A stretch of DNA of 64,000 nt from Eledone cirrhosa. Its lineage: Eukaryota. Below the pieces are notes generated by a model. The model saw only the letters and a program-made list of their open reading frames with translations, was not told the origin of the DNA and did not search any database. Location: assembly GCA_964016885.1 (NCBI GenBank), contig OZ024746.1:81964001-82028000 (forward strand), given 5' to 3'. Positions 13,811-27,175 of the stretch are shown here, piece after piece. Every line of letters starts with the position of its first letter. Within the stretch, counting starts at the first letter, position 1. Both the position numbers and the translations under genes were made by a program.

Positions 13811-15245
13811 TGAAATAGATTTGTTTACGATTTTTTTTATAGAAGTGTGAATGAAAATATATGAAGTAAATTTATCTACTTGGATATGTTATAAATAATT
13901 TCTTAATTTTCCACATGATTTCGGTTTAATGATGGATATAACTGGGGGTTGTTTAGTATTTGAATAACACTAATACAAGAACTGAAGCAGTGAAATCAAC
14001 CTAGTAAAGAGCTGTGATGTTAAATCGTATGAAACTTAGTCAAACCGCTACCGTGTGTGCACCAATGGAGTGTGTGCACCAATGGAGACTCTTCGATGTC
14101 AATTGATCTGCTAAACTAACAGCCAAATTCCACCAAATTTCATTTTATTGTCTTGAAACAGAGATGATGCATTGAACAACGTAGTAACAAAAAGACGAGT
14201 TGGTAATGGGTGGAATACCTTTGGTTATAGGTCTGTGTTATCAGAACTGATCTGTGCTAAACAGCATCATATGTTAGAACCAATAACAGTCACCCATAAT
14301 TCGCTACATTCATCAATTTCTTGATCCGAAGTAATGATAATTGTTCGCTCACTTTATAAAGAATTTTCTTCAGATCTCAAACTGGTCTCAGAAAAACAGT
14401 TTTCGTTTAGACGGCTGAAACTAAGCTCATGTGAAATCTGTTGCGTATACACTTTGCACTTGAACAGAGATGGTAGCAATGTAATGGTAGATCTATGGAG
14501 ATAATTTACGTATGGATAAATTGGCGTTGAAGCAGAATAATAAATGAAGCAACTTCTATGTCTTCAGCTATTTGCTAGCATAGGATGTACTACATATAAA
14601 TTGACATTACATTAGTGAGTGTCATTGTTTAAATCATTCAATGGGAAGGAAATGTTAGTTTTGCACAAATAGACACGCATTTATATGTGTTCAACTTTCA
14701 TTTGCTCACTTCGTTACAAAGAAATGCTTCTATTTAGGGAGCGCACAAACCGAAAAATTCCATTAAAATCAATGAAATAAATGTTATCTTTATCTCAAAA
14801 TAAATTAGATGATTCACTAATTACGACAACACGAAGGTTTCTTGCATGTTAAACGAATGGTATGCCTGGTACTATTTTTATTGGCCCCTCAAGGATGAAA
14901 AGCAAAATTAAGGCTCGGTTAAATTCGACCTAAGAATATAAAAACCTGGAAGAAATGCCACAGATCACTTAATCAGACTCTTTAACAATTCTGCCAATCC
15001 AGCGTCATATGAAATTGGCTACTAATATATTTATGTATAACAAACATATATTTAGTCTCGCTGTGACTATTTTAAACTGTGATCAAGTCACAGCTACTTC
15101 ATTATTAGTGCAGGAGCGCTGTGTATATGTAGCTCAGATTTATTCATCATCAACAATACTTTCGCCGAAATAATGAGGTTTTAAAGATAGATTTTGTAAA
15201 AAGGAAAATACAATTTTTGTTGAAAACTAATTTATATACATTATA

Positions 15246-15349
<104 letters not shown>

Positions 15350-15624
15350 CATATCTATACACCTATATATAGGTGTGAAGGTGTGTGTATGTGCACGTTT
15401 GTGTATGGATGGACGAATCGAGCGATCAATCGATAGATGGGTGTAAATTTCTTTCAGGGATTTACATAACCAAGGAACCCTAATAATTAGTGCTTTACAA
15501 AGGAAGACTTTCGATTTTAATCTGCACCGTGATACACTGATGGAATGGCGGTGACCGGAATGGGTTTGACATATATTTACTCAATCAGGGATGTGTTCGC
15601 ACCAGCGTTAATTCAACCATAAAA

Positions 15625-15785
15625 ATAACTGTTTCTACTTTTGGCACAAGGCCAGCAATTACCCAGTACATTACTGGTACTCTATTTTATCGACCCCGTA
15701 AGGATGAAAGGCCAAGTGAACCTCGGCGGGATTTTAACTCAGACCGTAAAGCATGGCGTCCGACTCTCTACCGATACTGCCAATC
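15625..15785 (-). mobile_element. SINE copy (same family as 13628)
   Basis: Reverse complement of the 13628 consensus, with an internal deletion. Confidence 0.85.
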
Positions 15786-16124
15786 CATAAAAATAACAAC
15801 CTTTGTTTATACGAGCCAATAGACACGCTTACGATGTCGCAAGATATGCTAGAAATAGCAGCCAAACCTCTCTGAAAAAAAGGAAGGAATTATTGGATAA
15901 TGTAGTTTGCGATAAGTAATTAAGTAGTGTTAACATAGTTAATTATTACAAATAATTAATAATTACCTATTATCGATATCTCAACTAAACTATGCTTAAT
16001 CGATGAGATCATGATAATACGAAAACATACCTCTACTAAACAACTATAAGTATTAATGTGGTGTGGTAAATAAATATATATATATATACACACCAAGTCC
16101 GTACACAATGAAACCACACTCCCA

Positions 16125-16440
16125 GTGTCACTGCCGCTCTCCTCATCTCTCACTATTATAAACAAATAGGGACCCACGCGTTGCCCGGCAGACAGAATAG
16201 AGAAAGCGTTTCCCCGGAGGATGGGGGGGGGGGGAGTCGCGCTGGAAGAGTTATTCCAGCTCGTGAAGCTCACACTTGCGTAGGGAGGTGGTCTTGGGGC
16301 CAAGCACACCAGAAATCTCCACTGCTACGGGCTCGACCGCAAAACTGTCGGAGAGCGACCGATATTTGGAAAGTTTACCCTCATCAGCCGGAAGTGCAGC
16401 AAAGCCTGGATTAGTAGCTGACTGTACCAGGTTGCCACTG
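16125..16440 (+). repeat. Unclassified GC-rich interspersed repeat (likely retrotransposon fragment)
   Basis: Shares GACAGAATRGAGAARGCGTTTCCCCGGAGGA...CGCGCTGGAA...CACCAGAA with 63520-63630 and 63835-64000. Confidence 0.65.
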
Positions 16441-16442
16441 GA

Positions 16443-16508
16443 TTAATTAATTAAAATTAATTAATTAAAATTAATTAATTAAAATTAATTAATTAAAATT
16501 AATTAATT
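16443..16508. repeat. (TTAATTAATTAAAA)n 14-bp tandem repeat
   Basis: About 4.5 copies read directly. Confidence 0.9.
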
Positions 16509-16584
16509 CTTTTTTTATGCGGATACTCTCTGTAAATTAAAAAGAAAATAGAGAATAAACCAAAGCATAATCTATGTCTGAAAA

Positions 16585-17000
16585 GACGGTTTCCTTTCCC
16601 AGCTCGAGTCAGCAGAGCTAGACAGAGGGGACGGCAAAAGGCCAGACGGCATGACAATTTTCCGGTTCCGCAAGGATAGACTCCTCATCTGGTATATCAC
16701 ATACTGTGACACCTACTCAAATGGCAACCTGGTGCGAACAGCTACCAGCCTAGACTCTGCTGCCCACCAAGCCGAAGCGAGCAATCTGTCTAGGTATCGG
16801 CTTCTCTCGGATAGGTTTGTGGTAGAGCCTGTAGCAGTGGAAACGTCTATACTCACTGCTAGCGGAGCGGAGTTGTCCGCCCGCATGTACGAGCCCCGCA
16901 AGGTGGAGTGATTGTTCCAGCGCGTCTCCCTCGCCGTCCTCCGGAGTAATGTATTCTCGATCCTGTCGGCTGAGACGCAGAGGCGGGCGGTAAGTTACTT
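16585..17000 (+). mobile_element. CRE-like non-LTR retrotransposon 3' fragment (restriction-like endonuclease)
   Basis: Translation LESAELDRGDGKRPDGMTIFRFRKDRLLIWYITYCDT...EPVAVETS...LFQRVSLAVLRSN, a PD-(D/E)xK-type RLE with the CRE-like signature. Confidence 0.82.
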
Positions 17001-17750
17001 TGTAGTGGAGGATACTCGTTCCGACGTCATTTTATCTTCAATTCAAAACAGGAAATGGTTGGTTTCTCACTGAATGTATTCTAATAGAAAACAAAATTTC
17101 AATTTATTACGGATGAAAATCCTAGATTATGAAATATATTATACATTGCCAGTGCAAAGGGAATTATATTTACATACAAAAAACACTGCAGATGTACATA
17201 CCCTAATCCTTATTATTTTTAGATTAACATTTCTTTTTTTTTCATTTTTTTAATATAAATTCTAAAGACCCGTAAACAGGTGACTGGAAGGTTTTTAGAG
17301 TTTTACTAATACCTCGCTACAAGGAATAAGAAGCTCTCGGTGATGGTTATAGTGTTTTACAAATGATAGATCCGGGTTACTAGAACGAAGTCCACTTAGG
17401 TACATTTTTAAAGCTCCAGGGAAATCATTGGTTACGTTGAGCATGTATTTTAGGCGACAGTTATATAATTACCAGCTTTTAGATACCGAGTAGATAGAAT
17501 CATTACGACATCGGATAGAGTGCTTACTGCAATCTGAATTCAAATGCCAGCACTACCAGCTTTGCTTTCAGCCTTTACAGGTTGATAAGAGCCTATCAGC
17601 CCAACACTGAGATAGATTCGTCCTTCATATTTCTTTGTCATATATATCTAAAAAGGTTTTCTGAATACACAAGCCGAAACCGCTTGGCGCCGCAGTTGGG
17701 ATTTTACATATCTCTCTCACCCCACCCCCACCACCCCTCACCCTCTCTGC

Positions 17751-17801
<51 letters not shown>

Positions 17802-18137
17802 TTGGAAGAGGGTAGTTCTCAGAGGCTGAGATCTCTCAGTATGTACTAATGTAGTGTCGAACACAGTGGAGGTAACTTCCCGAAGATGTGTTTTTAGCAG
17901 ATATTTCAAAAATGTTAGGCGTGAATTTCTTATTTATAATTAATCTTATTTAAATGTCTGATATTTTTCGAGCAGCCTTAAATCTGATTTTGAAACATAT
18001 GCGTGTATGTATGTACCTCAGTATCTCTCCATGAATTTCTCTGTAACTTTTCCACCCTCTCCTCTCTCAATATGTATATGTATATATATATATATATATA
18101 AACATTTACACACACATACACACACACATATATGTAC

Positions 18138-18170
<33 letters not shown>

Positions 18171-18197
18171 TTTATATGCACATACACACTCATATAT

Positions 18198-18238
<41 letters not shown>

Positions 18239-18521
18239 TTTATATGGACATACACACACATATATATATGTAAATGGAGAGAGATAATTTTTTTAGTATT
18301 AAGTAGAATCGAACAGTGTAATGTTTTAATGTTCTGCTCTCGAAGGAAATGCTTTCTATTTATAGCTGAGATGCGCATGACTAAACAACCATCAGCAGGT
18401 GAGTAGAAGTTCTTTCGTTTTCGATTTTTCTTCTTTTAAAGAATTTTCATCTAATATATGTAAGTGTGTGTGTGTGTGTGTGTGTGTGTTCGCGCGTTTA
18501 TCTGTCTGTGTGTAGTGCCTT

Positions 18522-18555
<34 letters not shown>

Positions 18556-18610
18556 TATATATATGTATATATATATATATATGTACGTGTATATATATAT
18601 ATATATGTAC

Positions 18611-18683
<73 letters not shown>

Positions 18684-18701
18684 GAGATATATATGTTCGT
18701 G

Positions 18702-18785
<84 letters not shown>

Positions 18786-19192
18786 AATATATATAGATAA
18801 TTTAATATATCAACTAACATAAGCGCACAGATGCACGCCCATGCCAGCAAATACACAGGTTATGTCATAGTACCTAGGTGGTTCAATGCAGGAGAATGCA
18901 GAACAATAATATAAAGGACGTAAAATAAGAAAATATTTTTTAAAAAAAATTTTAAAAAAATTTTTTACTTACTTAAATTTTCACTCCAACTAATTAGTTT
19001 CTGCACCCATTCCTTCTAACTAGCCTCTGTGTCACGTGATTGATTCTTTAGAATCGGCCATTTGACTTGAAGCAGTGAGAATTTCGGTACATAGAATCCA
19101 GTCCTCGCAAGCTGTTCGATCTACCGAATTATTATTATTTTTATATGAGCCGCCAGTGTCCGCGCATTGCCTGGAGACTTAACTGAGAATAG

Positions 19193-19274
19193 ACTCCCTG
19201 ATGACGCAATGAATTCTCGACAGTTGGATTACGTAACTGTCTTTATCCCATTGCAGAAACTAATTAGTTGGAGT
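19193..19274 (+). ncRNA. Type I hammerhead ribozyme, copy 1
   Basis: Stem I ACTCC/GGAGT; core CTGATGA; stem II GCAATG/CATTGC plus GACAGTT/AACTGTC; GAAA; palindromic stem III CTAATTAG; predicted GUU cleavage after 19269. Confidence 0.88.
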
Positions 19275-19749
19275 GAAAATTTAAGTAAGTAAAAAATTTT
19301 TTTTAAATTTTTTTTAAAAAATATTTTCTTATTTTACGTCCTTTATATTATTGTTCTGCATTCTCCTGCATTGAACCACCTAGGTACTATGACATAACCT
19401 GTGTATTTGCTGGCATGGGCGTGCATCTGTGCGCTTATGTTAGTTGATATATTAAATTATCTATATTTATCTCCAAATCACTGATTTGTCGAGCAAACTT
19501 GTCAAAAGCACTTCTAAAAAAATTTTTTTTGGGGTGTTAGTAGGCGTCAGTCATCTTACCATCCCATTCCTTCTAACTAGCCTCTGTGTCACGTGATTGA
19601 TTCTTTAGAATCGGCCATTTGACTTGAAGCAGTGAGAATTTCGGTACATAGAATCCAGTCCTCGCAAGCTGTTCGATCTACCGAATTATTATTATTTTTA
19701 TATGAGCCGCCAGTGTCCGCGCATTGCCTGGAGACTTAACTGAGAATAG

Positions 19750-19831
19750 ACTCCCTGATGACGCAATGAATTCTCGACAGTTGGATTACGTAACTGTCTT
19801 TATCCCATTGCAGAAACTAATTAGTTGGAGT
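19750..19831 (+). ncRNA. Type I hammerhead ribozyme, copy 2
   Basis: Identical to copy 1; predicted cleavage after 19826. Confidence 0.88.
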
Positions 19832-20307
19832 GAAAATTTAAGTAAGTAAAAAATTTTTTTAAAATTTTTTTAAAAAAATATTTTCTTATTTTACGTCCTT
19901 TATATTATTGTTCTGCATTCTCCTGCATTGAACCACCTAGGTACTATGACATAACCTGTGTATTTGCTGGCATGGGCGTGCATCTGTGCGCTTATGTTAG
20001 TTGATATATTAAATTATCTATATTTATCTCCAAATCACTGATTTGTCGAGCAAACTTGTCAAAAGCACTTCTAAAAAAAATTTTTTTTGGGGTGTTAGTA
20101 GGCGTCAGTCATCTTACCATCCCATTCCTTCTAACTAGCCTCCGTGTCACGTGATTAATTCTTTAGAATCGGCCATTTGACTTGAAGCAGTGAGAATTTC
20201 GGTACATAGAATCCAGTCCTCGCAAGCTGTTTGATCTACCGAATTATTATTATTTTTATATGAGCCGCCAGTGTCCGCGCATTGCCTGGAGACTTAACTG
20301 AGAATAG

Positions 20308-20389
20308 ACTCCCTGATGACGCAATGAATTCTCGACAGTTGGATTACGTAACTGTCTTTATCCCATTGCAGAAACTAATTAGTTGGAGT
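20308..20389 (+). ncRNA. Type I hammerhead ribozyme, copy 3
   Basis: Identical to copy 1; predicted cleavage after 20384. Confidence 0.88.
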
Positions 20390-20467
20390 GAAAATTTAAG
20401 TAAGTAAAAAATTTTTTTAAAATTTTTTTTAAAAAATATTTTCTTATTTTACGTCCTTTATATAAAT

Positions 20468-20501
<34 letters not shown>

Positions 20502-20553
20502 ATACACGTACATATATATATACATATATATATTCATATATATACATATACAT

Positions 20554-20648
<95 letters not shown>

Positions 20649-20746
20649 TCCCGGGTTCAATCGGGTGTAACCACAGTTAGTAAGGATCATTTCTTTTGAA
20701 TGAAACAGTCCGAATCCTGTAGAAGCCATTTCTGTATTAAACATGT

Positions 20747-20817
<71 letters not shown>

Positions 20818-20979
20818 GTGTGTGTGTGTATCTATATGTGTGTGTGTGTGCGTATTTGTTTAATAAAATATGTGATTGCATTAAAGTTAAATTTATTAAA
20901 ATCTTTTGATTTCTTATTCTGTTTTTTCTTTTCTTTTTCTTTTGGTCTGGTACAGACAAAGGGATTGTACTCATGGCTT

Positions 20980-21570
20980 CCGTAGGCCCTCCAAGACCCG
21001 TGAGATTGACGCCGCCATTAACGTTCCTTTTGAACAGTTGCAGGGAATTCCAGAGAGTTCAAGTTTTGGGAAGGAAAATCAGACGACACAATTTAGTGTG
21101 AGTTGAGCGTGGAGAGAATATTGATGACAAGCGAAGGCTATGGCACAGAGAGTAGAGTAGACCAGGCATTGACAACCTTTTTCAAGCAGTGGGATGTGGC
21201 TTATCATATGGTGGGTCGCACTACTAAAACATTCAAGACAATCTTTGAATTAGGCGTGCCGTTCAGAAAGCCAAACGCGTCACATGCAGCTCGCAGGCCG
21301 CAGTATGCCCATGACTGGAGTAGACACAAGCCTGAATAGTACGAGATACACGTATAAATTGCTTCCACAATATTTAAACGGAACAACTGAAACGTAAGTC
21401 ACCGTTAAGGATGTTAGTTCTGACGAGGAACTCTGGTTCGTTATCATTGGCGGAGCACAATATGGGCAAATGGTCAGCGCCGAAGTAACATTCAGTGACA
21501 TGTAAACGTGTGGGATCACCATGGACATACAAGTCCTCATGACCTTCACAAGGCCACTAAACGGAGTTGT
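20980..21570 (+). pseudogene. Degraded LINE ORF1-like fragment (tentative)
   Basis: GC-richer island; broken translation YKLLPQYLNGTTET*VTVKDV...GAQYGQMVS resembles L1/Tx1 ORF1 RRM segments. Confidence 0.35.
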
Positions 21571-24178
21571 TTCCTGTAGCAGAGAGGCAGTAACTTGGCA
21601 GAGTCATTAGAACATTTGGGTAGAATGCTTTGCAGTATTCACTCCGGCTTTCTGCGCTCTGAGTTCAAATACCATTAAGTTCAACTTTGCCTTTCCACCT
21701 TTCGAGGTCGACAAAAAAAACTACAGGGTCAATTCTTCCTCTGTATCTCTTCATCACCCCCCCCCCCCTCTCTCTCTCCTTCATTGAAAGAAATGGACAC
21801 CATGTTCAGACATGGAGAGGGGAAAGGTTCCGCCAGGTTTATAATGCCCAAGATACACGAGGAAATACGGGTACATACATGCATACATGCATACATACAT
21901 ACATATATACATGCATGCATATATGCATACACACATACATACATACATACATGCATACACACATACACACATGTATACATACACACACATACATAGGTAC
22001 ATACATAGGTACATACATGGTGGCTGCCAACTCGTTTTCGAGTACGACCACTACTTTATATCCATGTAGGAGAACCCCTACCGATGCGCTGAACGAGTGT
22101 GACTTTTTAGTCCAGCCAGCGACTTGAAAACTCTGGTATAAACACTACACTTGTGACAATTATTGTCACATAGTGCTGGGCCCGTGGTACCATGTGACGA
22201 CAAGTGCAGAGACATCTCCAGATATAAAGCAATGCCTGTGCCGTGAAGCTTTTATAGTGAGCAAAGGCACTGCACAAAGCCAGTCCCACTCTCTTAACCA
22301 AGATGATATTTACCAAAAAGAAGAACAAGTCAACATCATTGGATATCCATCAGGGTTGCAGGTGTTATATCAGAGTTTTCCTTCTCCTAGAAATCTGCCT
22401 TGACAAAGGCTAAGGGGTCATCTCTCCCGGATATACATACATACATACATACATACATACATACATACATACATACATTCGTGCATACATACATACACAC
22501 ATACACACTACATACATACATACTTTGTAGTAGGCGGTAACAGTATCCCCCCCCCGCTCTCCATAGATCATCTGGTAATAAAAGTAATTTCAGCGCTTTC
22601 TGTTTATGAGATTTTAAAAAAGGAAAACAAGAGTAATAAACCATAGAGACTACTGCTTCTAATGAGACTAATTAATGATGCATATCAAATGCATCAGAAA
22701 TTTCCAAACGAGACACAGTTGGGAAAATAAATTCGATCAGATTATAAAAATACAAAAAAAAAAATGATCGGTTAATGATGTTTATAATTTACATGCCAAC
22801 AAATTGCAGAATTTGGAATGTTTGCGTAATAAATATTGTGGGGGAGATCTGTTTAAAATAAAATCTTGCTTTTACACACTCCGTATTCTATTATATATTT
22901 GTATAATTATGCTATATATTTCTGAGAGTGAAACGAATTCTAAAGTGAAGGAAACAGAACTAGTCATGTAATACTCTTTGCCTTTCATCCTTACGGGGTC
23001 GATAAAATAAAGTACCAGTAATGTACTGGGTAATTCCTGGCCTTGTGCCTAAAGTAGAAACAATTATTTGAATAAACAAATACATTCACTTTATTTTGTG
23101 TACCGATTACTTTGCTTTCAACTGTAGTTCTCTCTGTACTTAAACGAGAACATACACACTCACGCCCATACAGTGATATGAGAGTATTTAAATTTTGGTC
23201 AACTTCGCATTCACCCCATCATCGTCACGCACTGATGTTGGTTTAAACGACTACCCCATCCCCCTCTCCGAAAGGAATCTATCAAATTCCCAGGTGATTG
23301 TTGACAAAATCAGTAAAGTAATAGATTCAGTAGAGAGTTCTCACTTCAAATCCAACCGTGATGACTTCTCCATATAAACTTCCGCTCTGGTTACAACCAT
23401 TTCCTGTAATATACTGCAGTCATCTTATCAATGCCACTCTCCTACAAGTTTGTTGTATAACCGAAGGTTAACTTTGATTGTAAAGATGTATCATTCAAGG
23501 CATTCTATTCATGATCATATTGGATAATATCCTTTCTTGTTTAAAACAGTAAGGTTTAATTTTGGGGAGATCTATTTGCTATTTCTAGAAGGGCAAACAA
23601 AAACGCAGACGCTTCTTTGTTTCGGTATCACTGTTTAAATGTAGAGAGAAGCAAGTATTTAGCAACTTATGGCCATACCTCATTGCTATTTAAAAAAAAG
23701 GAACAAGTTCGTTAATAATCTGCATCTTGCTACTCACATTATCAATTGTAACGTTGATGACAGTTGTTTACAGAGATTCAAAATTTAATTTTTTTTTCTT
23801 TTCCAAATCTTTGTTGTCTTCTCTTCTATATCGTTGTAATAAAAATCCTTGTAATGCAAAGAAAATCGTTTTAAAATTCAGCATCACTGAAAAAGCAAAA
23901 TACTACAAAGCATGCAGCATCAAATGAAATTTGTGTTTAACCAGGAAGCAGAAAATTCTAATTATCTCTACAAATATCCTAAGTATAGGGTGAATTTTTT
24001 TATATCTTTCTAACGGGAAAATGAAGTTTGCATCATTTAAAGAAATCGGATTAAAAGTTAAATTTAGACCAATATACTCATCCCCACAGCCACTACCATT
24101 CTGTCCACTCTATCTTAAACCCCCCCCCCCCTCCTATGTCTTCTCATATTTGTACTGTTTCTGCTATTGAATTTTAGT

Positions 24179-24216
24179 TCTTGTCTGATGGCTCTGTGAA
24201 ACTCCAGAGTAATAAG
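24179..24216 (+). ncRNA. Degenerate minimal type I hammerhead
   Basis: TCTTGT-CTGATGG-CTCTGT-GAAA-CTCCAGAG-TA-ATAAGA. Stem I pairs, but the core has A9->G and stem II is collapsed. Confidence 0.55.
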
Positions 24217-24614
24217 ACTCACAATTTAGCCTTAATAAAGCACCCGTAAGTACTGGGGTCGATTTAATCAACTTCCCCCATCTCCTTCAAATTGCTGGCC
24301 TTGTGCCTATGAGAGAAATCATTTTTATTAATATCATCATGCAAGATTAACTGGCTTCTTATGAAGTTGCATCTCATGAGAGGTTTTTCGAGTCTTTTAA
24401 TGATAGGAAGCCAGCGCTATTATGAAAAGCAATGCGTTGCCCAGTCCAGGAATTAAACCAGTGACCTTATTGGCGGTGAGTCGAACACCCTAACCACTAG
24501 TACACGCGTCGGAGGTTCCATGTTGCATATTTTCCAAATTTCTATATTTTCCAAATATATAACAAATTTAGATGACAGATAAAAGTTCTTAAATCGTTTA
24601 ATTCTTTACAATTG

Positions 24615-24668
<54 letters not shown>

Positions 24669-24805
24669 TGTGTATGTGTGTGTTTATGCGTGTTTGATAC
24701 AACCATATAGTTACTTCCTACTTGTGTTATATATATATATATAACACAAGTAGGAAGTAACTATATGGTTGTATCAAACACGCATAAACACACACATACA
24801 CACGC

Positions 24806-24850
<45 letters not shown>

Positions 24851-25280
24851 CAATTGTAAAGAATTAAACGATTTAAGAACTTTTATCTGTCATCTAAATT
24901 TGTTATATATTTGGAAAATATAGAAATTTGGAAAATATGCAACATGGAACCTCCGACGCGTGTACTAGTGGTTAGGGTGTTCGACTCACCGCCAATAAGG
25001 TCACTGGTTTAATTCCTGGACTGGGCAACGTATTGCTTTTCATAATAGCGCTGGCTTCCTATCATTAAAAGACTCGAAAAACCTCTCATGAGATGCAACT
25101 TCATAAGAAGCCAGTTAATCTTGCATAATGATATTAATAAAAATGATTTCTACCATAGGCACAAGGCCAGCAATTTGAAGGAGATGGGGGAAGTTGATTA
25201 AATCGACCCCAGTACTTACGGGTGCTTTATTAAGGCTAAATTGTGAGTCTTATTACTCTGGAGTTTCACAGAGCCATCAG

Positions 25281-25284
<4 letters not shown>
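24181..25284. repeat. ~1.1-kb near-perfect palindrome (arms ~555 bp) centred on (TA)7 at ~24735
   Basis: 24181 TTGTCTGATGGCTCTGTG... mirrors ...CACAGAGCCATCAGACAA 25284. About five substitutions and a TA-length difference between the arms. Confidence 0.95.
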
Positions 25285-25354
<70 letters not shown>

Positions 25355-25900
25355 CAGATTTGGAAGCCAAATCAAGTAAAAAAAATGGATTTCATAAAAC
25401 CATAGTTTTATTATATTTTTCTCGAATCTTCGATAAAATATTCCTTTTAAAGAGAAGAAAAGATAACTGATAAATAGATTAGTTAGAATAAGCAGGACAA
25501 ATAATTCTTGTCGGAGACCTATAGAACGATTGAGATTGTTCAACGTTGTAGAAGCAATCGCTATAAAATTCCAATACAGCGTCATTCAGAACTTCCTGGT
25601 TAATTTGACCAGTGAAGTCTTTCAATAGTTTACCATCACAAAGGTGATGAAACAATCGGTTCCATAGAAAATAAAAAAAAAAATTAAAGAAGCATCATAC
25701 TTCAACCACACGCTTAGGTGACATTTCAATCAATGTGATAAAATTTGAAGAACTATAGAAACAAAAAAAAAAAAAAGAATAAAACGAAACAAAAAAATGC
25801 ATAAAACTGTTATTTTGTTTATTAAATGCATTATTTTGGCTTCTGAATCCGCACACACACACATATATATGCACATACATATATATACACATATATATAC

Positions 25901-25949
<49 letters not shown>

Positions 25950-26069
25950 TATTCATTAGTTAAGCAAAGCAAGACCACAAATTTCACAAGGAAGATATTA
26001 TTAAAAGATTGTCAACATATTTTAGTTTGATGTAAGGAATGTAGAGAATAATAATAATAATATTAATAA

Positions 26070-26258
26070 TAATTGTTTCTACTTTAGGCACAAGGCCAGC
26101 AATTATCCCAGTACATTACTGGTACTTTATTTTATCGACCCCGTAAGGATGAAAGGCAAAGTTAACCTCGGCGGGATTTGAACTCAGATCGTAAAGGGAC
26201 GTAACTATGCTGGAAAGCATAATCCAACCCTTCACCGATACTGCCAATTCACCGCCCT
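26070..26258 (-). mobile_element. SINE copy (13628 family), near full length
   Basis: Reverse complement of the consensus, flanked by similar TAATATTAATAAT tracts. Confidence 0.87.
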
Positions 26259-26775
26259 TATAATATTAATAATAATAATGTCCGTTTACAATTGTTTCGC
26301 TACTCCATATAATATTTCTGGATCAGATGACTATATATCATAATTGATCTGGTTCAGTTGAAAATAATTAACATATTTAAAAGACAGAGCGGCTCATCGG
26401 AACTTCAAAGGAATATAAATTAAAATAATGAGAGAATGTTACATAATATAATGTTCCATATATTGGTTTTTACTATGGTGTCTTGGTTGCATCAGTTGTC
26501 AGCCATAATAAAGCAGTATTCATCTGTCGAGGCTGCATTGTGTGAGATCTGCCTATGGGTAACAAGATGGCTGCCAAAGGGCATATTTACCTTACTAATT
26601 AGAGGGTGGTTTCAGGGGAAGTAACTCCTCGAGAGATTAGAAATTGTGGGTGTTTATAGTTAAGTGCTAATTTTTAAATTTTTTGAGAGACAATGTAGGG
26701 GAGGTAACTTATAATTATCCAAGTTGTTCATAGCAATTTAACTTATTAGCTACAAGTAAAAATGGGGCTACATGA

Positions 26776-27035
26776 CTAAGTTGGGTCAAATATTCTATTG
26801 GCGAAGGAATTAGCCCTTCGATGTTGACAGCTAATAGTTACCTCCGTTCTATCGTTAATCGGTAGAGGTCGTGATAGAGTTATGTAATATGCTTCCGTAA
26901 TATAGAGATCACAAGATTTTCTTCGTCCATTGAACGGTTGGGCCCTAGCCACGATATCCCATTTTAGTGAGTGTTGAATGTTGTTTAATTTAAGGTTTTT
27001 AATGAGCCTAGCTAGCGATGTCGAACATCTGTTGC
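26776..27035 (-). mobile_element. Penelope-like element GIY-YIG endonuclease C-terminal fragment
   Basis: STSLARLIKNLK...LKWDIVARAQPFNGRRKSCDLYITEAYYI...INDRTEVTISCQHRR matches the PLE motif W.I...A.P(Y/F)....CxLC..E...I....LN.R.E....CxH. Confidence 0.8.
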
Positions 27036-27059
27036 TAGGGTCTCTCTCTCTATATATAT

Positions 27060-27175
27060 ATAGGAGAAAGTATGACCCAGTGGTCATACTTTCTCCTATT
27101 ACCCACTCTACTACCCTAAGTATTGAGTACTCTTGTGTGTTATGGTCCATCTGGTTCCTTACCACAACTCTTCCG

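Larger units (their letters stand above)
18791..20463 (+). mobile_element. Retrozyme-like / non-autonomous Penelope-like tandem array: inverted 215-bp segment plus ~2.6 copies of a 557/558-bp non-coding unit, inserted in (TA)n
   Basis: Unit starts (CCCATTCCTTCTAACTAGCC) at 19006, 19563 and 20121, with only a few differences between copies. 18791-19005 is the reverse complement of 19252-19466. Each unit has one hammerhead. No ORF. Confidence 0.9.

Noticed and set aside
17875-17922. Very decayed hammerhead-like string (CCGAAGA...AAAAATGTTAGG); similar case at ~45115-45155(-)
   Set aside because: Multiple core mismatches and no convincing helices.
19006-20463. Tandem array as an assembly duplication or ordinary satellite
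   Set aside because: The copies differ by several substitutions and a 1-bp indel, and the inverted terminus plus one hammerhead per unit fits a retroelement. Read-level confirmation is still advisable.
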